Below, one piece after another: positions 41,259 through 55,900 of a stretch of DNA of 64,000 bases. Under the pieces are notes generated by a model. The model searched no databases, was not told the DNA's origin, and saw nothing but the letters and a program-made list of their open reading frames with translations. Source of the DNA: the human T2T-CHM13v2.0 reference genome, Homo sapiens; NCBI RefSeq assembly GCF_009914755.1, contig NC_060938.1. The stretch is one strand, 5' to 3'. Within the stretch, counting starts at the first letter, position 1; every line of letters starts with the position of its first letter. A program made the translations under genes and the position numbers.

Positions 41259-43986
41259 CTTGAATGCAGACATCACAGAGCAGTTTCTGAGAATGCTTCT
41301 GTCTAGATTTTATAGGAAGATATTCCCGTTTCCAACGAAATCTTCACAGCTATCCAAATATCCACTTGCAGATTCTACAAAAAGAGTGTATCAAAACTGC
41401 TCTGTCAAAAGGAAGGTTCTTTTCTGTTAGGTGAGTGCATACGTCATAAAGGAGTTTCTGAGAATGTTTCTGTCTAGTGGTTATGGGAAGATATTTGCTT
41501 TTTCACCGTAGGCCTCAGAGCGCTCCAAATATCCACTTGCACATACTACAAAAAGAGTGCCTCAAAGCTGCTCTCTGAAACGGAATGTTCAACTCTATGA
41601 GTTGAATGCAAACATCGCAAAGACGTTTCTGAGAATGCTTCTGTCTAGATTTGATATGAAGATATTCCCGTTTCCAACGAAATCTTCAAATCTATCCAAA
41701 TGTCCACTTGCAGATTCAACAAAAAGTGTTTTTCAGAACTGCTCTATCAAAAGAAAGATCCACCTCTGTTAGCTGAGTTCACACATCACAAACAACTTTA
41801 TGAGAATGCTTCTGTCTAGTTTTTATTTGAAGATATTTCCTTTCTCACCATAGAGCTGAAAGCTGTCCTAATGTTCACCTCCAGATACTACAGAAAGAGT
41901 GTTTCAAAACTGCTGTACGAAAGGGAATGTTCAACTCTGTGACTTGAATGCACACATCACAAAGAAGTTTCTGAGGATGCTGCTGTCTACTTTTTATACG
42001 TAATCCCGTTTCCAACGAAATCCTCCAAGCTATCCAAATATCCACTTGCAGATTCCACAGAAAGACTGTTTCAAAACTGCTCTGTCAATAGAAAGGTTCA
42101 ACTCTGTTAGCTGCGTGCATATATCCCAAAGAAGATTCTGAGATTGCTTCTGTCTAGTTTTTATGGGAAGATATTTCCCTTTTCACCGTAGGTGTCAAGG
42201 CGCTCCAAATGTCCACTTCCAGATACTACAAAAAGAGTGTTTCAAACCTACTCTGTGAAAGGGAATATTCAACTCTGTGACCTGAATGCACATATCACAA
42301 AGAAGTTTCTGAGAATGCTTCTGTCGAGATTTTATATGAAGATATTCCCGTTTCCAACGAAATGCTGAAATCTATCCAAATATCCCCTCGCAGATTCTAC
42401 AAAAAGAGTGTTTCAAAACTGCTCTGTGAAAAGAAAGGTTCAACTCTGTTAGTTGAGTACACACATCACAAACAAGTTTCACAGAATGCTTCTTTCTAGC
42501 TTGTAGGGGAAGATATTCCCTTTATCACCATGGGCCTCCAACCGTCCGAAACATCCACTTCCATATACTACAAAAAGAGCGTTTCAAACCTGCTCTATGA
42601 AAGGCAATGTTCAACTCTGTGACTTGAATGCAGACATCACAGAGCAGTTTCTGAGAATGCTTCTGTCTAGATTTTATAGGAAGATATTCCCGTTTCCAAC
42701 GAAATCTTCACAGCTATCCAAATATCCACTTGCAGATTCTACAAAAAGAGTGTATCAAAACTGCTCTGTCAAAAGGAAGGTTCTTCTCTGTTAGGTGAGT
42801 GCATACGTCATAAAGGAGTTTCTGAGAATGTTTCTGTCTAGTGGTTATGGGAAGATATTTGCTTTTTCACCGTAGGCCTCAGAGCGCTCCAAATATCCAC
42901 TTGCACATACTACAAAAAGAGTGCTTCAAAGCTGCTCTCTGAAACGGAATGTTCAACTCTATGAGTTGAATGCAAACATCACAAAGACGTTTCTGAGAAT
43001 GCTTCTGTCTAGATTTGATATGAAGATATTCCCGTTTCCAACGAAATCTTCAAATCTATCCAAATGTCCACTTGCAGATTCAACAAAAAGTGTTTTTCAG
43101 AACTGCTCTATCAAAAGAAAGATCCACCTCTGTTAGCTGAGTTCACACCTCACAAACAACTTTATGAGAATGCTTCTGTCTAGTTTTTATTTGAAGATAT
43201 TTCCTTTCTCACCATAGAGCTGAAAGCTGTCCTAATGTTCACTTCCAGATACTACAGAAAGAGTGTTTCAAAACTGCTGTATGAAAGGGAATGTTCAACT
43301 CTTTGACTTGAATGCACACATCACAAAGAAGTTTCTGAGGATGCTGCTGTCTACTTTTTATACGTAATCCCGTTTCCAACGAAATCCTCCAAGCTATCCA
43401 AATATCCACTTGCAGATTCCACAGAAAGACTGTTTCAAAACTGCTCTGTCAATAGAAAGGTTCAACTCTGTTAGCTGCATGCATATATCCCAAAGAAGAT
43501 TCTGAGATTGCTTCTGTCTAGTTTTTATGGGAAGATATTTCCCTTTTCACCGTAGGCGTCAAGGCGCTCCAAATGTCCACTTCCAGATACTACAAAAAGA
43601 GTGTTTCAAACCTACTCTGTGAAAGGGAATATTCAACTCTGTGACTTGAATGCACATATCACAAGGAAGTTTCTGAGAATGCTTCTGTCGAGATTTTATA
43701 TGAAGATATTCCCGTTTCCAACGAAATCCTGAAATCTATCCAAATATCCCCTTGCAGATTCTACAAAAAGAGTGTTTCAAAACTGCTCTGTAAAAAGAAA
43801 GGTTCAACTCTGTTAGTTGAGTACACACATCACAAACAAGTTTCACACAATGCTTCTTTCTAGCTTGTAGGGGAAGATATTCCCTTTATCACCATGGGCC
43901 TCAAACCGTCCGATAAGTCCACTTCCATATACTACAAAAAGAGCGTTTCAAACCTGCTCTATGAAAGGCAATGTTCAACTCTGTGA

Positions 43987-46900
43987 CTTGAATGCAGACA
44001 TCACAGAGCAGTTTCTGAGAATGCTTCTGTCTAGATTTTATAGGAAGATATTCCCGTTTCCAACGAAATCTTCACAGCTATCCAAATATCCACTTGCAGA
44101 TTCTACAAAAAGAGTGTATCAAAACTGCTCTGTCAAAAGGAAGGTTCTTTTCTGTTAGGTGAGTGCATACGTCATAAAGGAGTTTCTGAGAATGTTTCTG
44201 TCTAGTGGTTATGGGAAGATATTTGCTTTTTCACCGTAGGCCTCAGAGCGCTCCAAATATCCACTTGCACATACTACAAAAAGAGTGCCTCAAAGCTGCT
44301 CTCTGAAACGGAATGTTCAACTCTATGAGTTGAATGCAAACATCGCAAAGACGTTTCTGAGAATGCTTCTGTCTAGATTTGATATGAAGATATTCCCGTT
44401 TCCAACGAAATCTTCAAATCTATCCAAATGTCCACTTGCAGATTCAACAAAAAGTGTTTTTCAGAACTGCTCTATCAAAAGAAAGATCCACCTCTGTTAG
44501 CTGAGTTCACACATCACAAACAAGTTTATGAGAATGCTTCTGTCTAGTTTTTATTTGAAGATATTTCCTTTCTCACCATAGAGCTGAAAGCTGTCCTAAT
44601 GTTCACTTCCAGATACTACAGAAAGAGTGTTTCAAAACTGCTGTACGAAAGGGAATGTTCAACTCTGTGACTTGAATGCACACATCACAAAGAAGTTTCT
44701 GAGGATGCTGCTGTCTACTTTTTATACGTAATCCCGTTTCCAACGAAATCCTCCAAGCTATCCAAATATCCACTTGCAGATTCCACAGAAAGACTGTTTC
44801 AAAACTGCTCTGTCAATAGAAAGGTTCAACTCTGCTAGCTGCGTGCATATATCCCAAAGAAGATTCTGAGATTGCTTCTGTCTAGTTTTTATGGGAAGAT
44901 ATTTCCCTTTTCACCGTAGGTGTCAAGGCGCTCCAAATGTCCACTTCCAGATACTACAAAAAGAGTGTTTCAAACCTACTCTGTGAAAGGGAATATTCAA
45001 CTCTGTGACTTGAATGCACATATCACAAAGAAGTTTCTGAGAATGCTTCTGTCGAGATTTTATATGAAGATATTCCCGTTTCCAACGAAATGCTGAAATC
45101 TATCCAAATATCCCCTCGCAGATTCTACAAAAAGAGTGTTTCAAAACTGCTCTGTGAAAAGAAAGGTTCAACTCTGTTAGTTGAGTACACACATCACAAA
45201 CAAGTTTCACAGAATGCTTCTTTCTAGCTTGTAGGGGAAGATATTCCCTTTATCACCATGGGCCTCCAACCGTCCGAAACATCCACTTCCATATACTACA
45301 AAAAGAGCGTTTCAAACCTGCTCTATGAAAGGCAATGTTCAACTCTGTGACTTGAATGCAGACATCACAGAGCAGTTTCTGAGAATGCTTCTGTCTAGAT
45401 TTTATAGGAAGATATTCCCGTTTCCAACGAAATCTTCACAGCTATCCAAATATCCACTTGCAGATTCTACAAAAAGAGTGTATCAAAAGTGCTCTGTCAA
45501 AAGGAAGGTTCTTCTCTGTTAGGTGAGTGCATACGTCATAAAGGAGTTTCTGAGAATGTTTCTGTCTAGTGGTTATGGGAAGATATTTGCTTTTTCACCG
45601 TAGGCCTCAGAGCGCTCCAAATATCCACTTGCACATACTACAAAAAGAGTGCTTCAAAGCTGCTCTCTGAAACGGAATGTTCAACTCTATGAGTTGAATG
45701 CAAACATCACAAAGACGTTTCTGAGAATGCTTCTGTCTAGATTTGATATGAAGATATTCCCGTTTCCAACGAAATCTTCAAATCTATCCAAATGTCCACT
45801 TGCAGATTCAACAAAAAGTGTTTTTCAGAACTGCTCTATCAAAAGAAAGATCCACCTCTGTTAGCTGAGTTCACACCTCACAAACAACTTTATGAGAATG
45901 CTTCTGTCTAGTTTTTATTTGAAGATATTTCCTTTCTCACCATAGAGCTGAAAGCTGTCCTAATGTTCACTTCCAGATACTACAGAAAGAGTGTTTCAAA
46001 ACTGCTGTACGAAAGGGAATGTTCAACTCTGTGACTTGAATGCACACATCACAAAGAAGTTTCTGAGGATGCTGCTGTCTACTTTTTATACGTAATCCCG
46101 TTTCCAACGAAATCCTCCAAGCTATCCAAATATCCACTTGCAGATTCCACAGAAAGACTGTTTCAAAACTGCTCTGTCAATAGAAAGGTTCAACTCTGTT
46201 AGCTGCATGCATATATCCCAAAGAAGATTCTGAGATTGCTTCTGTCTAGTTTTTATGGGAAGATATTTCCCTTTTCACCGTAGGCGTCAAGGCGCTCCAA
46301 ATGTCCACTTCCAGATACTACAAAAAGAGTGTTTCAAACCTACTCTGTGAAAGGGAATATTCAACTCTGTGACTTGAATGCACATATCACAAGGAAGTTT
46401 CTGAGAATGCTTCTGTCGAGATTTTATATGAAGATATTCCCGTTTCCAACGAAATCCTGAAATCTATCCAAATATCCCCTTGCAGATTCTACAAAAAGAG
46501 TGTTTCAAAACTGCTCTGTAAAAAGAAAGGTTCAACTCTGTTAGTTGAGTACACACATCACAAACAAGTTTCACACAATGCTTCTTTCTAGCTTGTAGGG
46601 GAAGATATTCCCTTTATCACCATGGGCCTCAAACCGTCCGATAAGTCCACTTCCATATACTACAAAAAGAGCGTTTCAAACCTGCTCTATGAAAGGCAAT
46701 GTTCAACTCTGTGACTTGAATGCAGACATCACAGAGCAGTTTCTGAGAATGCTTCTGTCTAGATTTTATAGGAAGATATTCCCGTTTCCAACGAAATCTT
46801 CACAGCTATCCAAATATCCACTTGCAGATTCTACAAAAAGAGTGTATCAAAACTGCTCTGTCAAAAGGAAGGTTCTTTTCTGTTAGGTGAGTGCATACGT

Positions 46901-49900
46901 CATAAAGGAGTTTCTGAGAATGTTTCTGTCTAGTGGTTATGGGAAGATATTTGCTTTTTCACCGTAGGCCTCAGAGCGCTCCAAATATCCACTTGCACAT
47001 ACTACAAAAAGAGTGCCTCAAAGCTGCTCTCTGAAACGGAATGTTCAACTCTATGAGTTGAATGCAAACATCGCAAAGACGTTTCTGAGAATGCTTCTGT
47101 CTAGATTTGATATGAAGATATTCCCGTTTCCAACGAAATCTTCAAATCTATCCAAATGTCCACTTGCAGATTCAACAAAAAGTGTTTTTCAGAACTGCTC
47201 TATCAAAAGAAAGATCCACCTCTGTTAGCTGAGTTCACACATCACAAACAAGTTTATGAGAATGCTTCTGTCTAGTTTTTATTTGAAGATATTTCCTTTC
47301 TCACCATAGAGCTGAAAGCTGTCCTAATGTTCACTTCCAGATACTACAGAAAGAGTGTTTCAAAACTGCTGTACGAAAGGGAATGTTCAACTCTGTGACT
47401 TGAATGCACACATCACAAAGAAGTTTCTGAGGATGCTGCTGTCTACTTTTTATACGTAATCCCGTTTCCAACGAAATCCTCCAAGCTATCCAAATATCCA
47501 CTTGCAGATTCCACAGAAAGACTGTTTCAAAACTGCTCTGTCAATAGAAAGGTTCAACTCTGTTAGCTGCATGCATATATCCCAAAGAAGATTCTGAGAT
47601 TGCTTCTGTCTAGTTTTTATGGGAAGATATTTCCCTTTTCACCGTAGGCGTCAAGGCGCTCCAAATGTCCACTTCCAGATACTACAAAAAGAGTGTTTCA
47701 AACCTACTCTGTGAAAGGGAATATTCAACTCTGTGACTTGAATGCACATATCACAAGGAAGTTTCTGAGAATGCTTCTGTCGAGATTTTATATGAAGATA
47801 TTCCCGTTTCCAACGAAATCCTGAAATCTATCCAAATATCCCCTTGCAGATTCTACAAAAAGAGTGTTTCAAAACTGCTCTGTAAAAAGAAAGGTTCAAC
47901 TCTGTTAGTTGAGTACACACATCACAAACAAGTTTCACACAATGCTTCTTTCTAGCTTGTAGGGGAAGATATTCCCTTTATCACCACGGGCCTCAAACCG
48001 TCCGATAAGTCCACTTCCATATACTACAAAAAGAGCGTTTCAAACCTGCTCTATGAAAGGCAATGTTCAACTCTGTGACTTGAATGCAGACATCACAGAG
48101 CAGTTTCTGAGAATGCTTCTGTCTAGATTTTATAGGAAGATATTCCCGTTTCCAACGAAATCTTCACAGCTATCCAAATATCCACTTGCAGATTCTACAA
48201 AAAGAGTGTATCAAAACTGCTCTGTCAAAAGGAAGGTTCTTTTCTGTTAGGTGAGTGCATACGTCATAAAGGAGTTTCTGAGAATGTTTCTGTCTAGTGG
48301 TTATGGGAAGATATTTGCTTTTTCACCGTAGGCCTCAGAGCGCTCCAAGTATCCACTTGCACATACTACAAAAAGAGTGCCTCAAAGCTGCTCTCTGAAA
48401 CGGAATGTTCAACTCTATGAGTTGAATGCAAACATCGCAAAGACGTTTCTGAGAATGCTTCTGTCTAGATTTGATATGAAGATATTCCCGTTTCCAACGA
48501 AATCTTCAAATCTATCCAAATGTCCACTTGCAGATTCAACAAAAAGTGTTTTTCAGAACTGCTCTATCAAAAGAAAGATCCACCTCTGTTAGCTGAGTTC
48601 ACACATCACAAACAAGTTTATGAGAATGCTTCTGTCTAGTTTTTATTTGAAGATATTTCCTTTCTCACCATAGAGCTGAAAGCTGTCCTAATGTTCACTT
48701 CCAGATACTACAGAAAGAGTGTTTCAAAACTGCTGTACGAAAGGGAATGTTCAACTCTGTGACTTGAATGCACACATCACAAAGAAGTTTCTGAGGATGC
48801 TGCTGTCTACTTTTTATACGTAATCCCGTTTCCAACGAAATCCTCCAAGCTATCCAAATATCCACTTGCAGATTCCACAGAAAGACTGTTTCAAAACTGC
48901 TCTGTCAATAGAAAGGTTCAACTCTGCTAGCTGCGTGCATATATCCCAAAGAAGATTCTGAGATTGCTTCTGTCTAGTTTTTATGGGAAGATATTTCCCT
49001 TTTCACCGTAGGTGTCAAGGCGCTCCAAATGTCCACTTCCAGATACTACAAAAAGAGTGTTTCAAACCTACTCTGTGAAAGGGAATATTCAACTCTGTGA
49101 CTTGAATGCACATATCACAAAGAAGTTTCTGAGAATGCTTCTGTCGAGATTTTATATGAAGATATTCCCGTTTCCAACGAAATGCTGAAATCTATCCAAA
49201 TATCCCCTCGTAGATTCTACAAAAAGAGTGTTTCAAAACTGCTCTGTGAAAAGAAAGGTTCAACTCTGTTAGTTGAGTACACACATCACAAACAAGTTTC
49301 ACAGAATGCTTCTTTCTAGCTTGTAGGGGAAGATATTCCCTTTATCACCATGGGCCTCCAACCGTCCGAAACATCCACTTCCATATACTACAAAAAGAGC
49401 GTTTCAAACCTGCTCTATTAAAGGCAATGTTCAACTCTGTGACTTGAATGCAGACATCACAGAGCAGTTTCTGAGAATGCTTCTGTCTAGATTTTATAGG
49501 AAGATATTCCCGTTTCCAACGAAATCTTCACAGCTATCCAAATATCCACTTGCAGATTCTACAAAAAGAGTGTATCAAAACTGCTCTGTCAAAAGGAAGG
49601 TTCTTCTCTGTTAGGTGAGTGCATACGTCATAAAGGAGTTTCTGAGAATGTTTCTGTCTAGTGGTTATGGGAAGATATTTGCTTTTTCACCGTAGGCCTC
49701 AGAGCGCTCCAAATATCCACTTGCACATACTACAAAAAGAGTGCTTCAAAGCTGCTCTCTGAAACGGAATGTTCAACTCTATGAGTTGAATGCAAACATC
49801 ACAAAGACGTTTCTGAGAATGCTTCTGTCTAGATTTGATATGAAGATATTCCCGTTTCCAACGAAATCTTCAAATCTATCCAAATGTCCACTTGCAGATT

Positions 49901-52900
49901 CAACAAAAAGTGTTTTTCAGAACTGCTCTATCAAAAGAAAGATCCACCTCTGTTAGCTGAGTTCACACCTCACAAACAACTTTATGAGAATGCTTCTGTC
50001 TAGTTTTTATTTGAAGATATTTCCTTTCTCACCATAGAGCTGAAAGCTGTCCTAATGTTCACTTCCAGATACTACAGAAAGAGTGTTTCAAAACTGCTGT
50101 ACGAAAGGGAATGTTCAACTCTGTGACTTGAATGCACACATCACAAAGAAGTTTCTGAGGATGCTGCTGTCTACTTTTTATACGTAATCCCGTTTCCAAC
50201 GAAATCCTCCAAGCTATCCAAATATCCACTTGCAGATTCCACAGAAAGACTGTTTCAAAACTGCTCTGTCAATAGAAAGGTTCAACTCTGTTAGCTGCAT
50301 GCATATATCCCAAAGAAGATTCTGAGATTGCTTCTGTCTAGTTTTTATGGGAAGATATTTCCCTTTTCACCGTAGGCGTCAAGGCGCTCCAAATGTCCAC
50401 TTCCAGATACTACAAAAAGAGTGTTTCAAACCTACTCTGTGAAAGGGAATATTCAACTCTGTGACTTGAATGCACATATCACAAGGAAGTTTCTGAGAAT
50501 GCTTCTGTCGAGATTTTATATGAAGATATTCCCGTTTCCAACGAAATCCTGAAATGTATCCAAATATCCCCTTGCAGATTCTACAAAAAGAGTGTTTCAA
50601 AACTGCTCTGTAAAAAGAAAGGTTCAACTCTGTTAGTTGAGTACACACATCACAAACAAGTTTCACACAATGCTTCTTTCTAGCTTGTAGGGGAAGATAT
50701 TCCCTTTATCACCATGGGCCTCAAACCGTCCGATAAGTCCACTTCCATATACTACAAAAAGAGCGTTTCAAACCTGCTCTATGAAAGGCAATGTTCAACT
50801 CTGTGACTTGAATGCAGACATCACAGAGCAGTTTCTGAGAATGCTTCTGTCTAGATTTTATAGGAAGATATTCCCGTTTCCAACGAAATCTTCACAGCTA
50901 TCCAAATATCCACTTGCAGATTCTACAAAAAGAGTGTATCAAAACTGCTCTGTCAAAAGGAAGGTTCTTTTCTGTTAGGTGAGTGCATACGTCATAAAGG
51001 AGTTTCTGAGAATGTTTCTGTCTAGTGGTTATGGGAAGATATTTGCTTTTTCACCGTAGGCCTCAGAGCGCTCCAAATATCCACTTGCACATACTACAAA
51101 AAGAGTGCCTCAAAGCTGCTCTCTGAAACGGAATGTTCAACTCTATGAGTTGAATGCAAACATCGCAAAGACGTTTCTGAGAATGCTTCTGTCTAGATTT
51201 GATATGAAGATATTCCCGTTTCCAACGAAATCTTCAAATCTATCCAAATGTCCACTTGCAGATTCAACAAAAAGTGTTTTTCAGAACTGCTCTATCAAAA
51301 GAAAGATCCACCTCTGTTAGCTGAGTTCACACATCACAAACAAGTTTATGAGAATGCTTCTGTCTAGTTTTTATTTGAAGATATTTCCTTTCTCACCATA
51401 GAGCTGAAAGCTGTCCTAATGTTCACTTCCAGATACTACAGAAAGAGTGTTTCAAAACTGCTGTACGAAAGGGAATGTTCAACTCTGTGACTTGAATGCA
51501 CACATCACAAAGAAGTTTCTGAGGATGCTGCTGTCTACTTTTTATACGTAATCCCGTTTCCAACGAAATCCTCCAAGCTATCCAAATATCCACTTGCAGA
51601 TTCCACAGAAAGACTGTTTCAAAACTGCTCTGTCAATAGAAAGGTTCAACTCTGTTAGCTGCATGCATATATCCCAAAGAAGATTCTGAGATTGCTTCTG
51701 TCTAGTTTTTATGGGAAGATATTTCCCTTTTCACCGTAGGCGTCAAGGCGCTCCAAATGTCCACTTCCAGATACTACAAAAAGAGTGTTTCAAACCTACT
51801 CTGTGAAAGGGAATATTCAACTCTGTGACTTGAATGCACATATCACAAGGAAGTTTCTGAGAATGCTTCTGTCGAGATTTTATATGAAGATATTCCCGTT
51901 TCCAACGAAATCCTGAAATCTATCCAAATATCCCCTTGCAGATTCTACAAAAAGAGTGTTTCAAAACTGCTCTGTAAAAAGAAAGGTTCAACTCTGTTAG
52001 TTGAGTACACACATCACAAACAAGTTTCACACAATGCTTCTTTCTAGCTTGTAGGGGAAGATATTCCCTTTATCACCATGGGCCTCAAACCGTCCGATAA
52101 GTCCACTTCCATATACTACAAAAAGAGCGTTTCAAACCTGCTCTATGAAAGGCAATGTTCAACTCTGTGACTTGAATGCAGACATCACAGAGCAGTTTCT
52201 GAGAATGCTTCTGTCTAGATTTTATAGGAAGATATTCCCGTTTCCAACGAAATCTTCACAGCTATCCAAATATCCACTTGCAGATTCTACAAAAAGAGTG
52301 TATCAAAACTGCTCTGTCAAAAGGAAGGTTCTTTTCTGTTAGGTGAGTGCATACGTCATAAAGGAGTTTCTGAGAATGTTTCTGTCTAGTGGTTATGGGA
52401 AGATATTTGCTTTTTCACCGTAGGCCTCAGAGCGCTCCAAATATCCACTTGCACATACTACAAAAAGAGTGCCTCAAAGCTGCTCTCTGAAACGGAATGT
52501 TCAACTCTATGAGTTGAATGCAAACATCGCAAAGACGTTTCTGAGAATGCTTCTGTCTAGATTTGATATGAAGATATTCCCGTTTCCAACGAAATCTTCA
52601 AATCTATCCAAATGTCCACTTGCAGATTCAACAAAAAGTGTTTTTCAGAACTGCTCTATCAAAAGAAAGATCCACCTCTGTTAGCTGAGTTCACACATCA
52701 CAAACAAGTTTATGAGAATGCTTCTGTCTAGTTTTTATTTGAAGATATTTCCTTTCTCACCATAGAGCTGAAAGCTGTCCTAATGTTCACTTCCAGATAC
52801 TACAGAAAGAGTGTTTCAAAACTGCTGTACGAAAAGGAATGTTCAACTCTGTGACTTGAATGCACACATCACAAAGAAGTTTCTGAGGATGCTGCTGTCT

Positions 52901-55900
52901 ACTTTTTATACGTAATCCCGTTTCCAACGAAATCCTCCAAGCTATCCAAATATCCACTTGCAGATTCCACAGAAAGACTGTTTCAAAACTGCTCTGTCAA
53001 TAGAAAGGTTCAACTCTGTTAGCTGCGTGCATATATCCCAAAGAAGATTCTGAGATTGCTTCTGTCTAGTTTTTATGGGAAGATATTTCCCTTTTCACCG
53101 TAGGTGTCAAGGCGCTCCAAATGTCCACTTCCAGATACTACAAAAAGAGTGTTTCAAACCTACTCTGTGAAAGGGAATATTCAACTCTGTGACTTGAATG
53201 CACATATCACAAAGAAGTTTCTGAGAATGCTTCTGTCGAGATTTTATATGAAGATATTCCCGTTTCCAACGAAATGCTGAAATCTATCCAAATATCCCCT
53301 CGCAGATTCTACAAAAAGAGTGTTTCAAAACTGCTCTGTGAAAAGAAAGGTTCAACTCTGTTAGTTGAGTACACACATCACAAACAAGTTTCACAGAATG
53401 CTTCTTTCTAGCTTGTAGGGGAAGATATTCCCTTTATCACCATGGGCCTCCAACCGTCCGAAACATCCACTTCCATATACTACAAAAAGAGCGTTTCAAA
53501 CCTGCTCTATGAAAGGCAATGTTCAACTCTGTGACTTGAATGCAGACATCACAGAGCAGTTTCTGAGAATGCTTCTGTCTAGATTTTATAGGAAGATATT
53601 CCCGTTTCCAACGAAATCTTCACAGCTATCCAAATATCCACTTGCAGATTCTACAAAAAGAGTGTATCAAAACTGCTCTGTCAAAAGGAAGGTTCTTCTC
53701 TGTTAGGTGAGTGCATACGTCATAAAGGAGTTTCTGAGAATGTTTCTGTCTAGTGGTTATGGGAAGATATTTGCTTTTTCACCGTAGGCCTCAGAGCGCT
53801 CCAAATATCCACTTGCACATACTACAAAAAGAGTGCTTCAAAGCTGCTCTCTGAAACGGAATGTTCAACTCTATGAGTTGAATGCAAACATCACAAAGAC
53901 GTTTCTGAGAATGCTTCTGTCTAGATTTGATATGAAGATATTCCCGTTTCCAACGAAATCTTCAAATCTATCCAAATGTCCACTTGCAGATTCAACAAAA
54001 AGTGTTTTTCAGAACTGCTCTATCAAAAGAAAGATCCACCTCTGTTAGCTGAGTTCACACATCACAAACAAGTTTATGAGAATGCTTCTGTCTAGTTTTT
54101 ATTTGAAGATATTTCCTTTCTCACCATAGAGCTGAAAGCTGTCCTAATGTTCACTTCCAGATACTACAGAAAGAGTGTTTCAAAACTGCTGTACGAAAGG
54201 GAATGTTCAACTCTGTGACTTGAATGCACACATCACAAAGAAGTTTCTGAGGATGCTGCTGTCTACTTTTTATACGTAATCCCGTTTCCAACGAAATCCT
54301 CCAAGCTATCCAAATATCCACTTGCAGATTCCACAGAAAGACTGTTTCAAAACTGCTCTGTCAATAGAAAGGTTCAACTCTGTTAGCTGCATGCATATAT
54401 CCCAAAGAAGATTCTGAGATTGCTTCTGTCTAGTTTTTATGGGAAGATATTTCCCTTTTCACCGTAGGCGTCAAGGCGCTCCAAATGTCCACTTCCAGAT
54501 ACTACAAAAAGAGTGTTTCAAACCTACTCTGTGAAAGGGAATATTCAACTCTGTGACTTGAATGCACATATCACAAGGAAGTTTCTGAGAATGCTTCTGT
54601 CGAGATTTTATATGAAGATATTCCCGTTTCCAACGAAATCCTGAAATGTATCCAAATATCCCCTTGCAGATTCTACAAAAAGAGTGTTTCAAAACTGCTC
54701 TGTAAAAAGAAAGGTTCAACTCTGTTAGTTGAGTACACACATCACAAACAAGTTTCACACAATGCTTCTTTCTAGCTTGTAGGGGAAGATATTCCCTTTA
54801 TCACCATGGGCCTCAAACCGTCCGATAAGTCCACTTCCATATACTACAAAAAGAGCGTTTCAAACCTGCTCTATGAAAGGCAATGTTCAACTCTGTGACT
54901 TGAATGCAGACATCACAGAGCAGTTTCTGAGAATGCTTCTGTCTAGATTTTATAGGAAGATATTCCCGTTTCCAACGAAATCTTCACAGCTATCCAAATA
55001 TCCACTTGCAGATTCTACAAAAAGAGTGTATCAAAACTGCTCTGTCAAAAGGAAGGTTCTTTTCTGTTAGGTGAGTGCATACGTCATAAAGGAGTTTCTG
55101 AGAATGTTTCTGTCTAGTGGTTATGGGAAGATATTTGCTTTTTCACCGTAGGCCTCAGAGCGCTCCAAATATCCACTTGCACATACTACAAAAAGAGTGC
55201 CTCAAAGCTGCTCTCTGAAACGGAATGTTCAACTCTATGAGTTGAATGCAAACATCGCAAAGACGTTTCTGAGAATGCTTCTGTCTAGATTTGATATGAA
55301 GATATTCCCGTTTCCAACGAAATCTTCAAATCTATCCAAATGTCCACTTGCAGATTCAACAAAAAGTGTTTTTCAGAACTGCTCTATCAAAAGAAAGATC
55401 CACCTCTGTTAGCTGAGTTCACACATCACAAACAAGTTTATGAGAATGCTTCTGTCTAGTTTTTATTTGAAGATATTTCCTTTCTCACCATAGAGCTGAA
55501 AGCTGTCCTAATGTTCACTTCCAGATACTACAGAAAGAGTGTTTCAAAACTGCTGTACGAAAGGGAATGTTCAACTCTGTGACTTGAATGCACACATCAC
55601 AAAGAAGTTTCTGAGGATGCTGCTGTCTACTTTTTATACGTAATCCCGTTTCCAACGAAATCCTCCAAGCTATCCAAATATCCACTTGCAGATTCCACAG
55701 AAAGACTGTTTCAAAACTGCTCTGTCAATAGAAAGGTTCAACTCTGTTAGCTGCATGCATATATCCCAAAGAAGATTCTGAGATTGCTTCTGTCTAGTTT
55801 TTATGGGAAGATATTTCCCTTTTCACCGTAGGCGTCAAGGCGCTCCAAATGTCCACTTCCAGATACTACAAAAAGAGTGTTTCAAACCTACTCTGTGAAA

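Noticed and set aside
10485-54758. Sporadic 95-aa minus-strand ORFs (10485-10772, 50379-50666, 54471-54758) and the 62-aa ORF at 40493-40681
   Set aside because: They arise from single SNVs removing a stop codon (10662, 50556, 54648) or from the 10-mer junction. They are useful as variant markers, not as genes.
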